A stretch of DNA of 64,000 nt from Puccinia triticina (Eukaryota). The translations under genes and the position numbers were made by a program. Under the pieces are notes generated by a model. That model searched no databases and was not told where the DNA came from. It saw only the letters and a program-made list of their open reading frames with translations. Every line of letters starts with the position of its first letter. The first letter of the stretch is position 1. Below, piece after piece: positions 24,403 through 37,632 of this stretch. The DNA is taken from contig CP110439.1 of assembly GCA_026914245.1 (NCBI GenBank), forward strand, positions 2,232,001-2,296,000. Reading direction: 5' to 3'.

Positions 24403-26337
24403 ATGGGGGTTTTTTGCATGGGATCTTATGTGTTTCTCTTTTATCTGGGAATGGGGAGCGCGTGTTTGGGGCATCTCGGACTTGAAGGGGAGTCTACAAG
24501 CAATGTTTTTGATTGGACGGATGGCCACTCTTATCACATGAATGATCTTCTTGAACCAGCCTGGACACCGACCCTCCTGCAAGATTTTGATCAAAGAAAT
24601 TTAGTTACAAAAGTGCAATCATCCAGCTCGGCAAGGTTGGAAAAGCCATTCGCACCACGCGAAGATCACATGAACATCCTTGGTTGTGTCCCAGGCACCG
24701 AACAATTTGGCGCTGTCACTCCCCCCGTTTGGCAATATTCGGAAATGGATAGCGAGTGGCCATGTTCTCAACTAGCAGCAAACACTCATGGGCCACATCA
24801 CACCGCCAGAGAAAACTCAGAAGCGGATCAAAACATCAAAATCTCATCATGGTCAGAATTGACTGCAGAAAATCAGATACTTCAAGATTTACTAGCGTGG
24901 ATGGAGGCAGAATCCCCTTTTCATAATCCAGTGGCAGAATTGAGTGGATTCCCTCAAGCTGCTCTATCGCAGATTCCAGGAAAGAATGCAGAATCACATC
25001 TTAAATCTTCAAGAGACCTTGACATTCCCACTATGAGTACTTCAACAACATCTAAAGACCTCCTGTTCCAAGGCTCTCTGGAATTTGGATCCAATACTGA
25101 GTCTCAACAAGGAAAAAGGATAAAACTGAGCCACACTTCAGATGACATATGCACCAAGATGCCACTATCACCAATGATAACAGCACTTGATCATACCTCA
25201 ACAGCTACTGATGTAATTCCCAGCTACAGAAACATGTATAATTCAGCCATGGTTGATAATCAGCTTGGAATTGGAGTAGGAGGATCTGCAGGATGCTCAG
25301 GTCATAGCAGTTTAATACAACACCAAAATGTTAATGATGCTGTAGCAGAAATGGAAATCAAGCGCATTAGTCAAACAACGGAAAACATTGCCTGCAATAT
25401 ACTCCCACTACCGCAACAGCATGTGACAAATCCTAATGAGATACTGTGGTTCAATGCCGAAGTCTTTTTATCAGCTGGATTGCGGTCAATATCAGATCAG
25501 ACACATGTGCAAGCAATAATTGGGCTTCTTAATCCTGGAGGTGAACCACTTTCCATTTCAAAAGACAATCCATCTCATGTGCATCAAATCTTCAAGCTTG
25601 TTGAAAGTAATGCAACCAAGTTAAGAACTTCTCAAATATGGGAAAAGAAAAGAGCTGCCTCTGGAGTGACTCCTCAAAAGAATTCTAAAGTATCTAGAGA
25701 GGATAAAAAGGCATCAAAAATGAAAATAAAAGCTAACAGAAGGCACCTAGAAAATCATTCAGTTGAGCAGCTATTCCAGCACAGAGTTCAGTGGCACTTT
25801 TTTTGGAACCAAAAGTTGGGGATTCACATTGCAGACACTAAAATTCCTTCAGAAGATAAGATTCAAGAGAGGGTTACTCTTTTTTTACTTTACATTGATA
25901 TGATTGGTACTATCCTCAAAAAATACTTCCCAGTTGATTTTGTTAATTCTGGCCAGCAGAATGACAATTCCCTCATTCTGAAGAAAGCACTTATCATAGC
26001 TTCTGAGCATTATGGAATATCAATCCAGGTAGAGCCCAAATTGAAAATATTAAAATTCAATACAAAAAAAAATAGACTAAATAATGAAGTAGCAAAACAC
26101 AGATTAGGTTTGATTTGGAATTGGACTGGAAAATTGATAAAAGAATTAGACAATAGTAACTTGAACAAAATTTTCTTTCCAGGAATCCATGGTGTTGTAT
26201 CTCGTGAATGTAGGGCTTTTTTTAACAATATATTCTTCTACTCAATTGAAAATTTAAACAAAAGAGTATCAAGCTACTATAAATACAAAAATACATCTAG
26301 AATGGTACCCCCAGAGATCATTGATTACCAAGATTAA
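24403..26337 (+). CDS. Intronless 644-aa lineage-specific protein with hydrophobic N-terminus (possibly secreted)
   Basis: Single long ORF; MGSYVFLFYLGMGSACLG start; C-terminal helical domain FLLYIDMIGTIL...FFNNIFFYSIENLN. Confidence 0.75.
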   Translation: MGVFCMGSYVFLFYLGMGSACLGHLGLEGESTSNVFDWTDGHSYHMNDLLEPAWTPTLLQDFDQRNLVTKVQSSSSARLEKPFAPREDHMNILGCVPGTEQFGAVTPPVWQYSEMDSEWPCSQLAANTHGPHHTARENSEADQNIKISSWSELTAENQILQDLLAWMEAESPFHNPVAELSGFPQAALSQIPGKNAESHLKSSRDLDIPTMSTSTTSKDLLFQGSLEFGSNTESQQGKRIKLSHTSDDICTKMPLSPMITALDHTSTATDVIPSYRNMYNSAMVDNQLGIGVGGSAGCSGHSSLIQHQNVNDAVAEMEIKRISQTTENIACNILPLPQQHVTNPNEILWFNAEVFLSAGLRSISDQTHVQAIIGLLNPGGEPLSISKDNPSHVHQIFKLVESNATKLRTSQIWEKKRAASGVTPQKNSKVSREDKKASKMKIKANRRHLENHSVEQLFQHRVQWHFFWNQKLGIHIADTKIPSEDKIQERVTLFLLYIDMIGTILKKYFPVDFVNSGQQNDNSLILKKALIIASEHYGISIQVEPKLKILKFNTKKNRLNNEVAKHRLGLIWNWTGKLIKELDNSNLNKIFFPGIHGVVSRECRAFFNNIFFYSIENLNKRVSSYYKYKNTSRMVPPEIIDYQD

Positions 26338-27157
26338 GACATCATTATTTTATTTTGGAAATTGGTAGATGATTACATTATCCTTCACTTTTTGATATAT
26401 GTTTCTTACCAATCCAACCAATTAAAGCTATATATGTACATACATGTGACAAATTCTTATTTCCATCTCCCATTTGAGTCTTGACAAGTGATCAGCACTA
26501 CATTATACATTCCACAGGCTCTTTTAAAATAATTTGAGATGAATTAGAATTTAGTTTTAATATACTTCAGCAGCCAGCTTGCCTATCCAATGCATCAATT
26601 TCAATTGTCTAAACTTTAAAGTATGAAAAGCCTCCCTTTTCATTAATCCACTCTTAAAATTAGATGGTTGATAAAAGATGACAACACAATGTGATTGAAT
26701 GTTGCACACTGAGCACTCTGATTCCCTGCAGATGGAGCTTTTATGCATTTGAGAACTCATCCCTGGTGAGATAGTCCAACTTCTGACCTGTACAGCTACA
26801 GAAACACGTCACATTTAGGGTTTTCAAAGCTAAAAAATAAATCCTTATCTTATTGCAGCATACTGCAGGCAAAAAAACAGATTGTATGCATGATCAGGCA
26901 TTTGGCATTGCCTGCACAGACAGGTTTTCAAAATGAATTAACTTTGATAACCCTGGATCAGAGAGTTAACTTTTACATAGGGTTTCAAAGGCCCAATGGA
27001 CACAGAAATTTGATTCAAGGGAGATGTTTTGCAGGGTATGCTTGACTGCTGCACTTATCCAACAAAATTCTGCTTCTGCTCAAAACACTTAGTGTTTTCC
27101 TTTGATAGCCAACAGCAGGAAGACATCTGGTTTGAGACTTATTCAGAGAGTTAAACA

Positions 27158-28733
27158 ATGTTTTTTGACTGCATTGATACTTTTTGGTTCCTCTTTTACT
27201 TGGGAATGGGGAATGCTTGTGTTGCTTCAGAGGACTTTGGAATGAAATCAACCCCTTGGAGCAATTCCTTTGACTCAATAGACACCCATGGTCTTTATCA
27301 TGAGTCTACATGGAACCTAAGCGCACTGCAGGATTCTTATCAAAGAAATCTAGTCACAAGAGTTCAACCATCCAACCCATTAAACCCAGAAAAGCCACCA
27401 ACACCCTGCAAAGGTCACAGAAACACCCTTGATGATGTTAGCACTGGTAACAGGGATCACAGCACTTTCACTCTCCCATTCTGCCAAAATTCAGCCATGC
27501 ACCCTGAATTTGGGCCACCCTCCCATCTAGCAGCAAATGGGGAAAATCCCAATGCTGCAGGACAAATGTTCCAATCAGACCCAAACTCCAGGAGTTGTTC
27601 TAGCTTCCAATCAGAAAATGAAATGCTCCAAGATTTACTTGGATGGCTAGAGACAGAATGCATCCCCCAGAATCCAAATCCACTCACCCAAGCTGTTCCA
27701 ATGCAAACAGAAACAGATAGAGGATCACATCTTATTTCTTCAACAAACCTTGGTGTGTCTGCTCCAAGCTCTTCAAAGACATCCAATCATTCTTCATTAA
27801 ATGGCCTTCTAGATTCTGGATATGATACCCAGGCCTATCAACCCCAAAGCATAGATATCAGCCACCAATTAGTTGACACTGGTGTGGAGATTCCATCAAT
27901 TATCACAGAAAATGATCAGTGGATACCTCCTCAAGTTTGTGTCAAATACAAAAAAAAGTCTGATTACATGATCAAAAATCAGGATGGACTTGGGAGAAGC
28001 AGATTCATGAGATCCCCAAAGCAACAACAAAATTACAATGTTGCTTCAACAGACATGAATAGCCCACCAATGGAGAACAAAATCATCCCGCCACAGAAAC
28101 AATTACTGGAAAAGCTCAACAACATAGTCAAGTTTGATGCAGCCATCTTTTCTCAGGCCAAGCATCTTATATCAAAATCAGATAACTTACAAGTGGAAGC
28201 ACTACTCTGGATTATTCCAATGCTTGAGCCTAAGAGTGACCATCTTCATATCTCAAATGACAACATATGGCATCCATATCATATTCTACATTGATATGAT
28301 TGGTACTGTCCTTGAAAAGTACTTTTGTGTTGATGGTCAACAATACAATTATGCACTTCTATTTGAAAAAGCCCTTCAAATAGTGTCAGAATACTATCAA
28401 GTACCATTAATGCAAGTAACTCCAAAACTCAAAAAGGTAAAAAAATTAAACAGAAAACCAACAACTAAAGGAACAGGTTTGCCTGAATTGAGAGTGGTCT
28501 GGGTTTGGATATCAATTCTAATAAAAGATCTGAAGAATGATAATTTGAACAAGATTTTCCTTCCAGAGAGCAGTGGTATCATTCTTTGTCAATGCCAGAG
28601 TTTTTTCAACAATATATTTGCTCACTCTGTTGAAAAACTAAATGAAAAACTATCAACATTTAGCCAAGAGAATGCACATTTGATGAAACACCCACACCCA
28701 GAAAACATTTATTTGGATACAAATCTAGGATAG
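27158..28733 (+). pseudogene. Tandem paralog of 24403-26337, internally deleted and frameshifted
   Basis: Shared FLFYLGMG, QRNLVT.VQ, ENxxLQDLLxWxE, YIDMIGTxL, FFNNIF; frame change near 28280 where ~110 codons of the first copy are missing. Confidence 0.7.
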
Positions 28734-28962
28734 TTTGTTCGCATTGTACCTCTCCTTTCCCTCACACATTACTTTTGGCAGTATTTAGCCTGTCGGGCAG
28801 TCGTTTCTTAAAAAGTTCTTGTACTTGGTTTGATTTTTTGATAGCACTAAACTTGAAAGTCATCAGTTATATGACACTGTGCATTGTTCCTAGCCCGAAA
28901 ATCAGAGAAATAGAAGAGTTAGAGAACAGAGTAGAACGGATTAAAAAACACTAATTGGCCTG

Positions 28963-30357
28963 TCATGATGAAGATTTTTGAATCTTGAGCTTGACTTTAT
29001 CTACGATATCGTAATAAGCCTTTGTAGCGAGACTATCGGGATGTGAATTCAACCAATCGAGGCCGAGATCAGAGCCTTTACCGATCTTAGGATCGAGAGG
29101 GATTTTACCGAGGAGTTCGAGTCCTTCATCCCTACAGAGTCTGTCGGCGCCACCGGTGGTCGGCAAGAAGATTTCCGAGGCGCCGTTGCAGTTGGGGCAG
29201 ATGAAGCCGGACATGTTCTCGACGAGGCCGAGGATCTCGACCTGGGTCTTCTTACAGAACGAGATTATCCGTCGGACGTCTTGGATCGACACTTCCTGTG
29301 GTGTTGTCAGGATGATCGCCCCGGTGATCCCTGTCTGTTTGAGGTAGCTGACGATCGAGAGATGCTCGTCGGTCGTGCCCGGCGGGGTATCGATAATCAT
29401 AAACTCGATCCCCTCTTCGCTATCTCCATTCCTCCTCTCCTCCCCCGTCTTGTCTTCACCCAATTCCTCCTCCTCATCTTCCGTCGAACACCAATCGACA
29501 TCCTTGAGGAACTGCTTGATCATGCCGTTCTTCTTCGGACCTCGCCAAATAACTGCTGAGTCGGTAGTTGGTAGCATGAATCCCTTGAAGGTGAAATCAA
29601 ACGGGGATAAGCAAAATAAGCTGGAGAATACCCATGAGAATATCGATTGCACTTACGATCGACATGACACTAAGAGTTTCGGAAACGTAAAGCGGTGACC
29701 AGCCAGTCGAGGTGGAATGTAGACGATGGACATCAGGCGAAAGACCTAGCATCATGGGTAATGAAGGTCCGGTGATATCGATATCTAGCAAGGCAGTCTT
29801 TCGAGAAAAGAGTGTCAAGGATTAGCGAACAAGATGAGAATAAGAAAGAATTCAGATATATAAATGAGAAGAAGCAGCGAGTACATTATCGCCATCACCG
29901 CTGAATGCCCAACCCAGACCACAAGTGAACGTGCTCTTCCCAACCCCGCCTTTACCGGAAAGGACGAGGATCTTGTGTTTGACATTCCGGAAGCGCTCGT
30001 TGATCTTCTTCAAGTCATTCAAGTCGTCCTGTTTCTGTTGAGATGAGTTCACATTCGTAGAGAAAGATTTACAAATCGATTGGTTCTCACATCCGTTACA
30101 AGTCGTCGAGCTCCCCGCTAGTTCGGATTCAATACCTGTTTTTTTTGTCGGGGTGATTTGAGATTCAGTGGAAGAGGGTTAGAGTAGAGAGAGTATAGAT
30201 TTTGGTGCGTACCTGGACAGTGCTCGGGGGCGTTTTCAGGTACGGTAGGAGTCGAGCTGTCGGTGGTGGAGATGGCCTTCTTCTGGATTGGACCGGTTGA
30301 TGAGGATGAGGATGGATTGAGTTCTGCGTGGTCATTGAGATGGGTTTCGATGGCCAT
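28963..30357 (-). CDS. NBP35: Cytosolic Fe-S cluster assembly factor Nbp35
   Basis: N-terminal APEHCPG...C..C.....C cluster, [56 protein letters not shown]. Confidence 0.95.
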
Positions 30358-30578
30358 TCGAGCGAGAAATTTATTTATGAAGCTTTTCCGGTTGAGGTAG
30401 AGTTGCAGTTGTTCGTATCCCAAGTGTCAAAAAAATTCTTCCCGCATATCGCTTCAATATCCGACCCGGATGGGCAGCGGGTATGTATCTATCCGCACTG
30501 ACCTCGGAGCAGCTCTGGCTGCTGCGGGTCTCGGGCAGGCCACTCGGACTGGAGCACCGAGCCAAGGGCACCCCAACG

Positions 30579-31356
30579 ATGGCGCTTGCTCGATCCCATC
30601 CAGTGAGTACCCCTTCCACCCAAGCATCAGCACCTGGCCAGAAGAGCCACCGAAAAGCGACTGAGATCAGGAACCGGCTTGCAGGTCAAGCTAAGCGGAG
30701 ACGTCAATCGAATCCTCTTCGTCAAAAACCTCAACTACAAGACTAAGGGAGAGGTCAGAGCAACTTCTTATACATCTCACCCTCTCTCTCATCGGAACTG
30801 AAGGCTTGCGTGGGTTTGCTGATCGCTTGGGCATCAATGAACAACAGGACTTGTACGATTTATTTGGAAAGTATGGCGCGATTCGTCAAATTCGGATAGG
30901 AACCGATCCCAAGACTCGAGGGACGGCCTTTGTGGTGTACGAAGACATCCTTGACGTCGGTTTTCTTATCTGTTCCTCTCCCTGTACGCGGGAATGAAAC
31001 CACTATATGCTGAGATTTTGGAGATGTTGAAATTCTGTTCTGTCCAGGCCAAAAATGCGTTCGATCATCTCAACGGGTTCCATCTCCAGGAGAGATATCT
31101 AGTCGGTCAGTCATCCACATCCATATTCACACGCTTTCCCCGATCTTTTGCGACTGTGGAGCGAGAGCGAAAGAAGCTTAAGGACAAATCGCTGACCTCC
31201 TGACACTCGTCTCTACTTGTCACCATCCACATTTACGATTGTAGTCTTATATCATCAGTTCCAGAGACAAGCAGCTAAAGCTGATCTTGCAAAACGAGAG
31301 GCCGAATTGGTCGCACTCAAGAAAGCACACAACATCTCAGACGACAATGACTCCTG
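30579..31356 (+). CDS. SF3B6: U2 snRNP SF3b p14 subunit (RRM)
   Basis: Spliced: [13 protein letters not shown]...[18 protein letters not shown]...[37 protein letters not shown]. Confidence 0.93.
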
Positions 31357-31998
31357 ACCCGCACCCATCCTCCACCAAACAACCTACCCCAAATGAAACA
31401 CCAGATTGCGTGGCGAGCATCGAAGTCGTGAAGGCACTCCACCAATCTGTTGGTTTTTTTAAACCCGACGGCTCGTGTCAATAAATATGTATTAATACCT
31501 CAGCTCAAAAAAGGCGCTTAATGCACTACACTTCGGTGTGCAATCACGAAGGAACAACTATGAAAAAGACTCGACAAGAGCCCGTCGAATCAGCGTTGTT
31601 CGCGCGAGCCCGAGGGAGACAAAGACAACGAGACTCTTTGTACGACTGCTGTCAACTGAATTGAATATTATGAGCTCTCAAGATTAGTTGAATCCATCCA
31701 ATCTTTCTGGAGAGCTTTACTTGTGCTGAACGGAATATGTATCGCTATGAGATTTCCGGAGATATCTTGTTTTGCCAACAGAGATCATCCAACCAAATCC
31801 CAACATTTTTTTGTTGTTATCTCCAAACCAAAAAAAAAAAAAAACCGCCACCAAAACCATATGAATCGAATTTTTGATGGGTGTTCAAATTTGAATGACA
31901 CTCTGAGAGTTTCAAAAAAGGAAATGATTTGATTAAATAGGAATAAAAATTAAAAAAACATGATAAGGATTAAAAAAAATCATAAGATTGAACATTCA

Positions 31999-34900
31999 TC
32001 AACATTTTGTCCTTGCATGTAAATCATAAACAGCCTGCCTGATAGCGAAAAAGGTGAGGCCCAAGGAGCCGTCGATGATGAGTTGACCCTTGGCGGATTT
32101 CCTGACGGAGACGGAGCCACCGGCGAGTTCATTAGTGGCGATAGTATGCAGATCGGGGCGATTGAGGGCGACGTTGGGCGTGTTAGGGATGAACTTGGTC
32201 TTATTGTTGAGTTCGTTGAGACATTTCGAGAGGGGTACGGGGCCACAGACGAGCACGCCTTCGGCGACGAACTCGGCCGGGATGTCGTTCGAGATCAGAT
32301 AGGCTTTGAGGCCCGCTAGTCGTAAGTCCCCAATGAATATCGCCGAGCCTGAGGCTATCGACGCTAAGGGCTCCAACCTTTGCCCTTCCCTCCCGCCCGA
32401 ACTGTCTCCCTCTTTCCCTTCTTCTCCGACCGGCTTGATCGCTGACATTCGTCGCATCTTTCGCGGCGGCTGCTCGCGGCTCCCGTTCGTTCTTTCTAAC
32501 GTCGGGATCGACGACTCGTTCGAGATCTCCAAGTTTCCGCTGATATATGCCACATCAAATCCTTCAACCTGAAAACCAACCCCAGCTTTAATTCGCATCC
32601 ATCTATCCAAAATAACTGCCTTCTAAACAAACAAAAACAACTTACCTCAGAAAACCGTAAAGAGTTCATGATACTATCTCCCAATCTGACGCTAAAGCTT
32701 TTCGTGTCATGGCCAAAGGTGCCTTGCTCGCCCACTTTAGGCGAAAAAACTTGAGTAGTGAATGCGGGTAAACCAGCGACCGAGTTCGCAAAATCGGCAT
32801 TAGAAGTCGTACTCCCGTTGATCAAAACCTGTTTGTTATGATGATCAATAAACGGGCTTCCTGATCAGATAGAAGATGGCCCAGCACTCACGACCGTCTT
32901 GGGATTGATCTGAGGAATGATCGTCTTCAACGCTCGTCCGTCTGCTTTGCCATCCAAATCAATCGTCAAAACGCTACATTTGACTTCGATCGTTTCTGTA
33001 CTTGCGACAAACTTCGATGGCGGTTCGACCGGTATCTGATTTCCACACAGATCAAAAAAAGAAGAAGAAAAAAAAAAAGAAAGTTCAGACTCCAAAGCTA
33101 GGTAATGACAAAACACTCTTGGATCAGAGGTCTTACCAAGTTTACTGGGTCTTCTTTTGGCGCCTTCCGGCCACCACTCTCAGCACGTTGGATAGCCTCG
33201 TCAACCGCGTCACCTCTTTTCAGCCAGCCGTCGACATCGATGACCTCGCCATACCCATCGACCTTACGCCGACGTTCGACCACGGGGAACATGCGGAAGG
33301 TCTGAGTTCTTCCGCCGGAGAACCGGGTCGCCGAGCCTCCCTTGACGTAGATGTCGAAGGCCATCGGCTCCTTCTCGTCCACAAATTCATCCCAGCTCGG
33401 ACCCCCACCCGTCAGCGTCCTGGCCACCGCAATCGCATCCGACTCCGATTCCGACTCCGAGCCCGACTCATCCGATTCTTCATCCTCCATCAGCTGTCGT
33501 GATCGGGCAAGCATTGCTGCCGCCTTGGCCTTCCTCTCCTGCGCTCTTCGCTCTTCCTCTAGAAATTGCTCGAGCTCTTCCCCTTCAAGGATCACTTTCC
33601 GACGCAGCTCCACATCGATCTTGGCATCAAGTTGGACGATCTGCGGTAGGTGTGGCTCAGGATTTGACGCGGGATCCTCTCGCTGTTGGTTTGCGGCATC
33701 AGCCGCGATAGACGCCAGGTGGTCGAGTAGGTGATCCGACTGACTGTCTAAATCTGTAAGTTGTGTTGAGGAGAGCGATGTTAAGATGATCAAGTTGCCT
33801 TCAACACCAGCTAGCCTCATAAACATCGTCCTCGAAAATCCATAGTCCAATGACATTGGGACGGCAAGGATCACTTTGGGTTGACGGATGGGTAGTTCAG
33901 CTTCGAGTGACTCGACCGAGTTGAAAAATCGGATGTGTCGAAGCCGAAGTGGCCCTTGGTCGTTTTGATCACGACCACCACGTTTGTGATGGTTTTGATC
34001 GAAGGATGAGCGAGCGAGAGCTGGGGACATCCATTCGGTAAGCGAGCGGATAAACGTGACCACATCCTTTCCGGTTTTGGAGACGAGACAGAGGGGGAAT
34101 GAGTCGAGGCGTGATTGGGACCAATGGCTATCGAGCAGTAACAGGAGCTCGATCAATCTAGCCGAAGGATCTGTCGGGATTAGAACCGTCCGCGAGGCCC
34201 GCAAGGTCTGAGTGATCGAATCTGATTGGGTAGAGGTGGGAGAGATAGATTGGTAGAGATGGAGTTTCAGTCAGATTTGGATATTTTTTTTTTTTTAAAA
34301 AAATGGGACTATTTTGGACTAGAACGCAGTGAGGTTGTAAAAATAGAACAACAAGTAAATAAACATGAGATAAGCGAAAATAGGATTAGGTGGAGGACCA
34401 CTGACCGAGTAGGATGCGATCTCTGTCCTTCTTTCTGATGCCCTTGATCAGACTTCGCTCGGTTCCTACGACCATGACCATGGGCCGACTCATGCCGAGC
34501 CCGATTCTCATACTGCCATCGCCGGTGGCTTGGACCAAGGCTGCACTGTCCAGATGAGACTCCCTGACATGATTGAAAATCGGGGCATAGATCAGGGTTG
34601 ATGACGAGGCCGAGCTGACCGTATGGAGTGGCGAGCGTAGAGACCAGATCGTCCCACCGATCGTGTGGCCGGATTTGTGAGCAGTTAGTGTTAACGGTCG
34701 TAATTTGCCTGCCAACAAGAATAAGGGGTATATAAGTCTGGGGTAGGTATCAGCAAATCAAATTGATCTCAACTGACCGCCCAAATGAATCGGTTGGGAA
34801 TATCGGACAGCGATCACGCTGTCAAAGGCATCCCTGAGTTCCTTAAACGAGGTTTTCCAAATCTGATCGGGGCTGTTTGATTTGGACTGATTGGGCGAGG

Positions 34901-35363
34901 TAGACTTGGAGGGATTCTGAGGATCGGGGGAGATATTCTGCTGGGTTGGGGGAGGATCAGAGACTTGGGGGGCTTGGTTTTCGGCGGACTGGTTGAGGAG
35001 TGGTGCGGGATGATCGACCGCGTTGGACTCCTCCAAGGCGCGCTGTCCGATCCACTCCTCGGCGGCCCAGCGGCCCATCTCCTTGGTGGGCAGGGTTGCA
35101 TAGATGGGGCATCTGAGGCCGAGTCTGGCGCGGAGGAGGGGGACGAGGCCGAGTGAGCTGAGGAGAGGGTGGGAGAGGAGGAGGAGGTCGAGGGTGGGTG
35201 CGAGTTCGGCCAGGGTGTCGAGGTATCGATCGATCTCGCCCAGCGTCGGTCGGTCGGGACATCCGCAATCCAGCAGTATCCGTCCTTCGTCGATCTCGAG
35301 GAGGTATGAAAGTATTCCGCTTGAGTCGTGGGCCCCAATCAGCGGGGTGAGCTTGATGGCCAT
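31999..35363 (-). CDS. CFT2: Cleavage and polyadenylation specificity factor subunit 2 (CPSF100/Cft2)
   Basis: YLLEIDEGRILLDCG, degenerate MBL motif LLLSHPLLSSLG, SGHTIGGTIW, MFPVVERRRKVDGYGE, IDLDGKADGRALK, FIGDLRLAGLK, AEGVLVC. Confidence 0.92.
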
Positions 35364-35641
35364 CGCGGTCTTTCTTTTCCGTAGTATTGTGCTGCTGTTT
35401 TCCGCCTGGCGCTTGTCCCCTGGCTGAAGGGCTCGGGGTGTCCGGTCATCGGGGACGGGGGAGCACCGATCACTGGCACGGGGGTCTCTTCGGGCTGGCC
35501 AAACTGAATATTCATTTTTCATTTTTTTTGGGCAACACATCCAGAAACCAAATATCCACAAACATCACTCTCCCCATCGACAAGCGCTTAACGAGGACGA
35601 ACGACCAACACAGAGGGAAGGCCGAAGCACCAGATACAGAA

Positions 35642-37075
35642 ATGGGCCAGCCGAAGTCCGCTGCCAGCCACAAGCCGATCGACTTCCACCATCTGACCGC
35701 CAGACTCAAGCTGCCCTTGGCGCCGGCCTTTCTGACGGCCCCGAAGTCCAAGACGAGTCTTCAGCTGAAGGAGGAAGACGCGGATCACCTGGGATCGGCG
35801 ACGGGCGATTCGGATGAGGACGAGAAGAAGGCGGTCGTAGAGAGCGACAAGCTGGCGAAGGAGTACGGGAACAACGGCGTGCTTGAAGCGCTCAACCAAT
35901 CGATAGCCTCGCTCTTGATGAACTACATCCCGTCCCTCGGATCCGTCCTGGTCTCTTATATCCAGCCGCCGATGTTCATCGCGACTGACGAGCAGGGCGG
36001 AGAGGTTCGCCGGCCGTTGACCAAGACCAGTCGGGTACCCATACTCACCATTCCCGGAAACGCCTGGGGCGTCGTGGATGTCGAGGTGAAGCTTATGGGC
36101 TGGCGGCCGACGATCGGCCAGAAACTCGTCGGCCGGCCCACCTTCTCCTCGCCCTCCCACCTCTCACTCGTCATCTATCGCACCTTCAACGCCTCCATCA
36201 ACGAAAATCATCTCAAAGCAGCCGGCTTCCATTACGACATCAACTTCGAAGTCCCTGCTAACTGGAAATCGATCGGCGATCCTTCTAATTCACAATCTGT
36301 CCCCATCGATCTCTCTCATGAACACAAAGATCGCGGATGCTGGCTCGATGCAAACGGCGTCGTGGTCGGTGGCGCTGAGGCGACTGTATCTTTCACAGTC
36401 ATGAGGTATTTTCTTCTTTTTAAAAAAAAGAAGAAAAAAAAAAGGTTTTTTGCGCATTGGCTTGATCAATGAATCTTTGTATTTCAAACCAGCTTGACGA
36501 TCGCCAACAATATGATTTCGGTAATTGGCTCATTACTAGATGATCCATTCTCGATCGAAGCACCGATCCGACCGAGCCAGCCGAGGGTAGGCATGACGCG
36601 CGGCCCAAGTGGGCCGGCAGCCGCGGCGGCGTCGTCGGCGTCGTCGTCCTCGGACTCCTCGGACTCGTCGGATGACGAGCGCCCGAAGGGACTCTCTTCG
36701 CGAAACCAGCTGAAAGTGCCGCCTTCGATCCACTCCAGCGCGACGCCCCGCCCGCTCCTCTCCCATGCACACCCTGCCCAACCCCCACCGCCACTCACCG
36801 CAACCAATCTCAAAGCACTCGACTCCCTCCAGCCAGCTATCCCTCCTACCCTAGACCCCCCATCTACCTCCGTCGCCCCCCCTCAGAAACCTAAGAAAAC
36901 TAAAAGGAAATCGAGCAAACGTACCGCCGATGCCCTCGAAGAGAAACTTATTCTGGCCCCTAATCCTTCCTCCACCCTTCCCAATAATAACTCACACCCT
37001 CCTGCCGCTTCTATTCCTCCTATTTCCACGACAACTATTACTCCTTCCCGGAAGAAGAAATTGAAAACCACTTAA
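35642..37075 (+). CDS. RPA43: RNA polymerase I subunit A43
   Basis: SLLMNYIPSLGSVLVSY, WGVVDVEVKLMGWRPTIGQKLVG...SPSHLSLVIYRTFNASI, ISVIGSL; Lys-rich tail; one intron ~36406-36492. Confidence 0.85.
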
Positions 37076-37632
37076 AACGCTTCGATTACTTCTGTCTATT
37101 TTTGTCTGGGTCAATTGTTCTTTGTCTTTTCCGTAGATATATTGTTATAGAATAGCCGCAAGCTCTCCGCTGAAATTGCTACATGGATATACAGGGAGAG
37201 ATAGAGAGACACATGCCATGGGGTCTGAAGGACTTCAGTGGAGGGCTCTGTAAGGGATGTCACAGGGTACATGCCCAACCACTAAGCTATCCAGTAAAAA
37301 CCCTACTCCTGCTCTTGCTCTCCATTGAGATAATTTTGGGCATATGCATTGATGGCCCAGAAAACTGATAGCTAACCACGCCCACCCTTTACACTACAGA
37401 TGTCATCTCAGTCACAGACTTTCTCCGTTCACTGTCCTGACGGACGATAGGAATAAGAGGCTGATGGAGGCCAGGAGTATGTATCTCGGATTGGAGGGGG
37501 TGGGGGGTTCACCAGTGATATCCCCCTATATCCACGGATAATAAACAAGAAAATGATCGACGGGATATGTGGATAACAGAATGAAAAGAAATGTCCAAGA
37601 AACTGATCAAGAGAGCACGGGGAGAGAGATAA

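Noticed and set aside
37182..37537. Possible MITE between RPA43 and MOB4 (TGGATATA...TATATCCA inverted ends)
   Set aside because: The inverted match is short and imperfect and there is no clean TSD.
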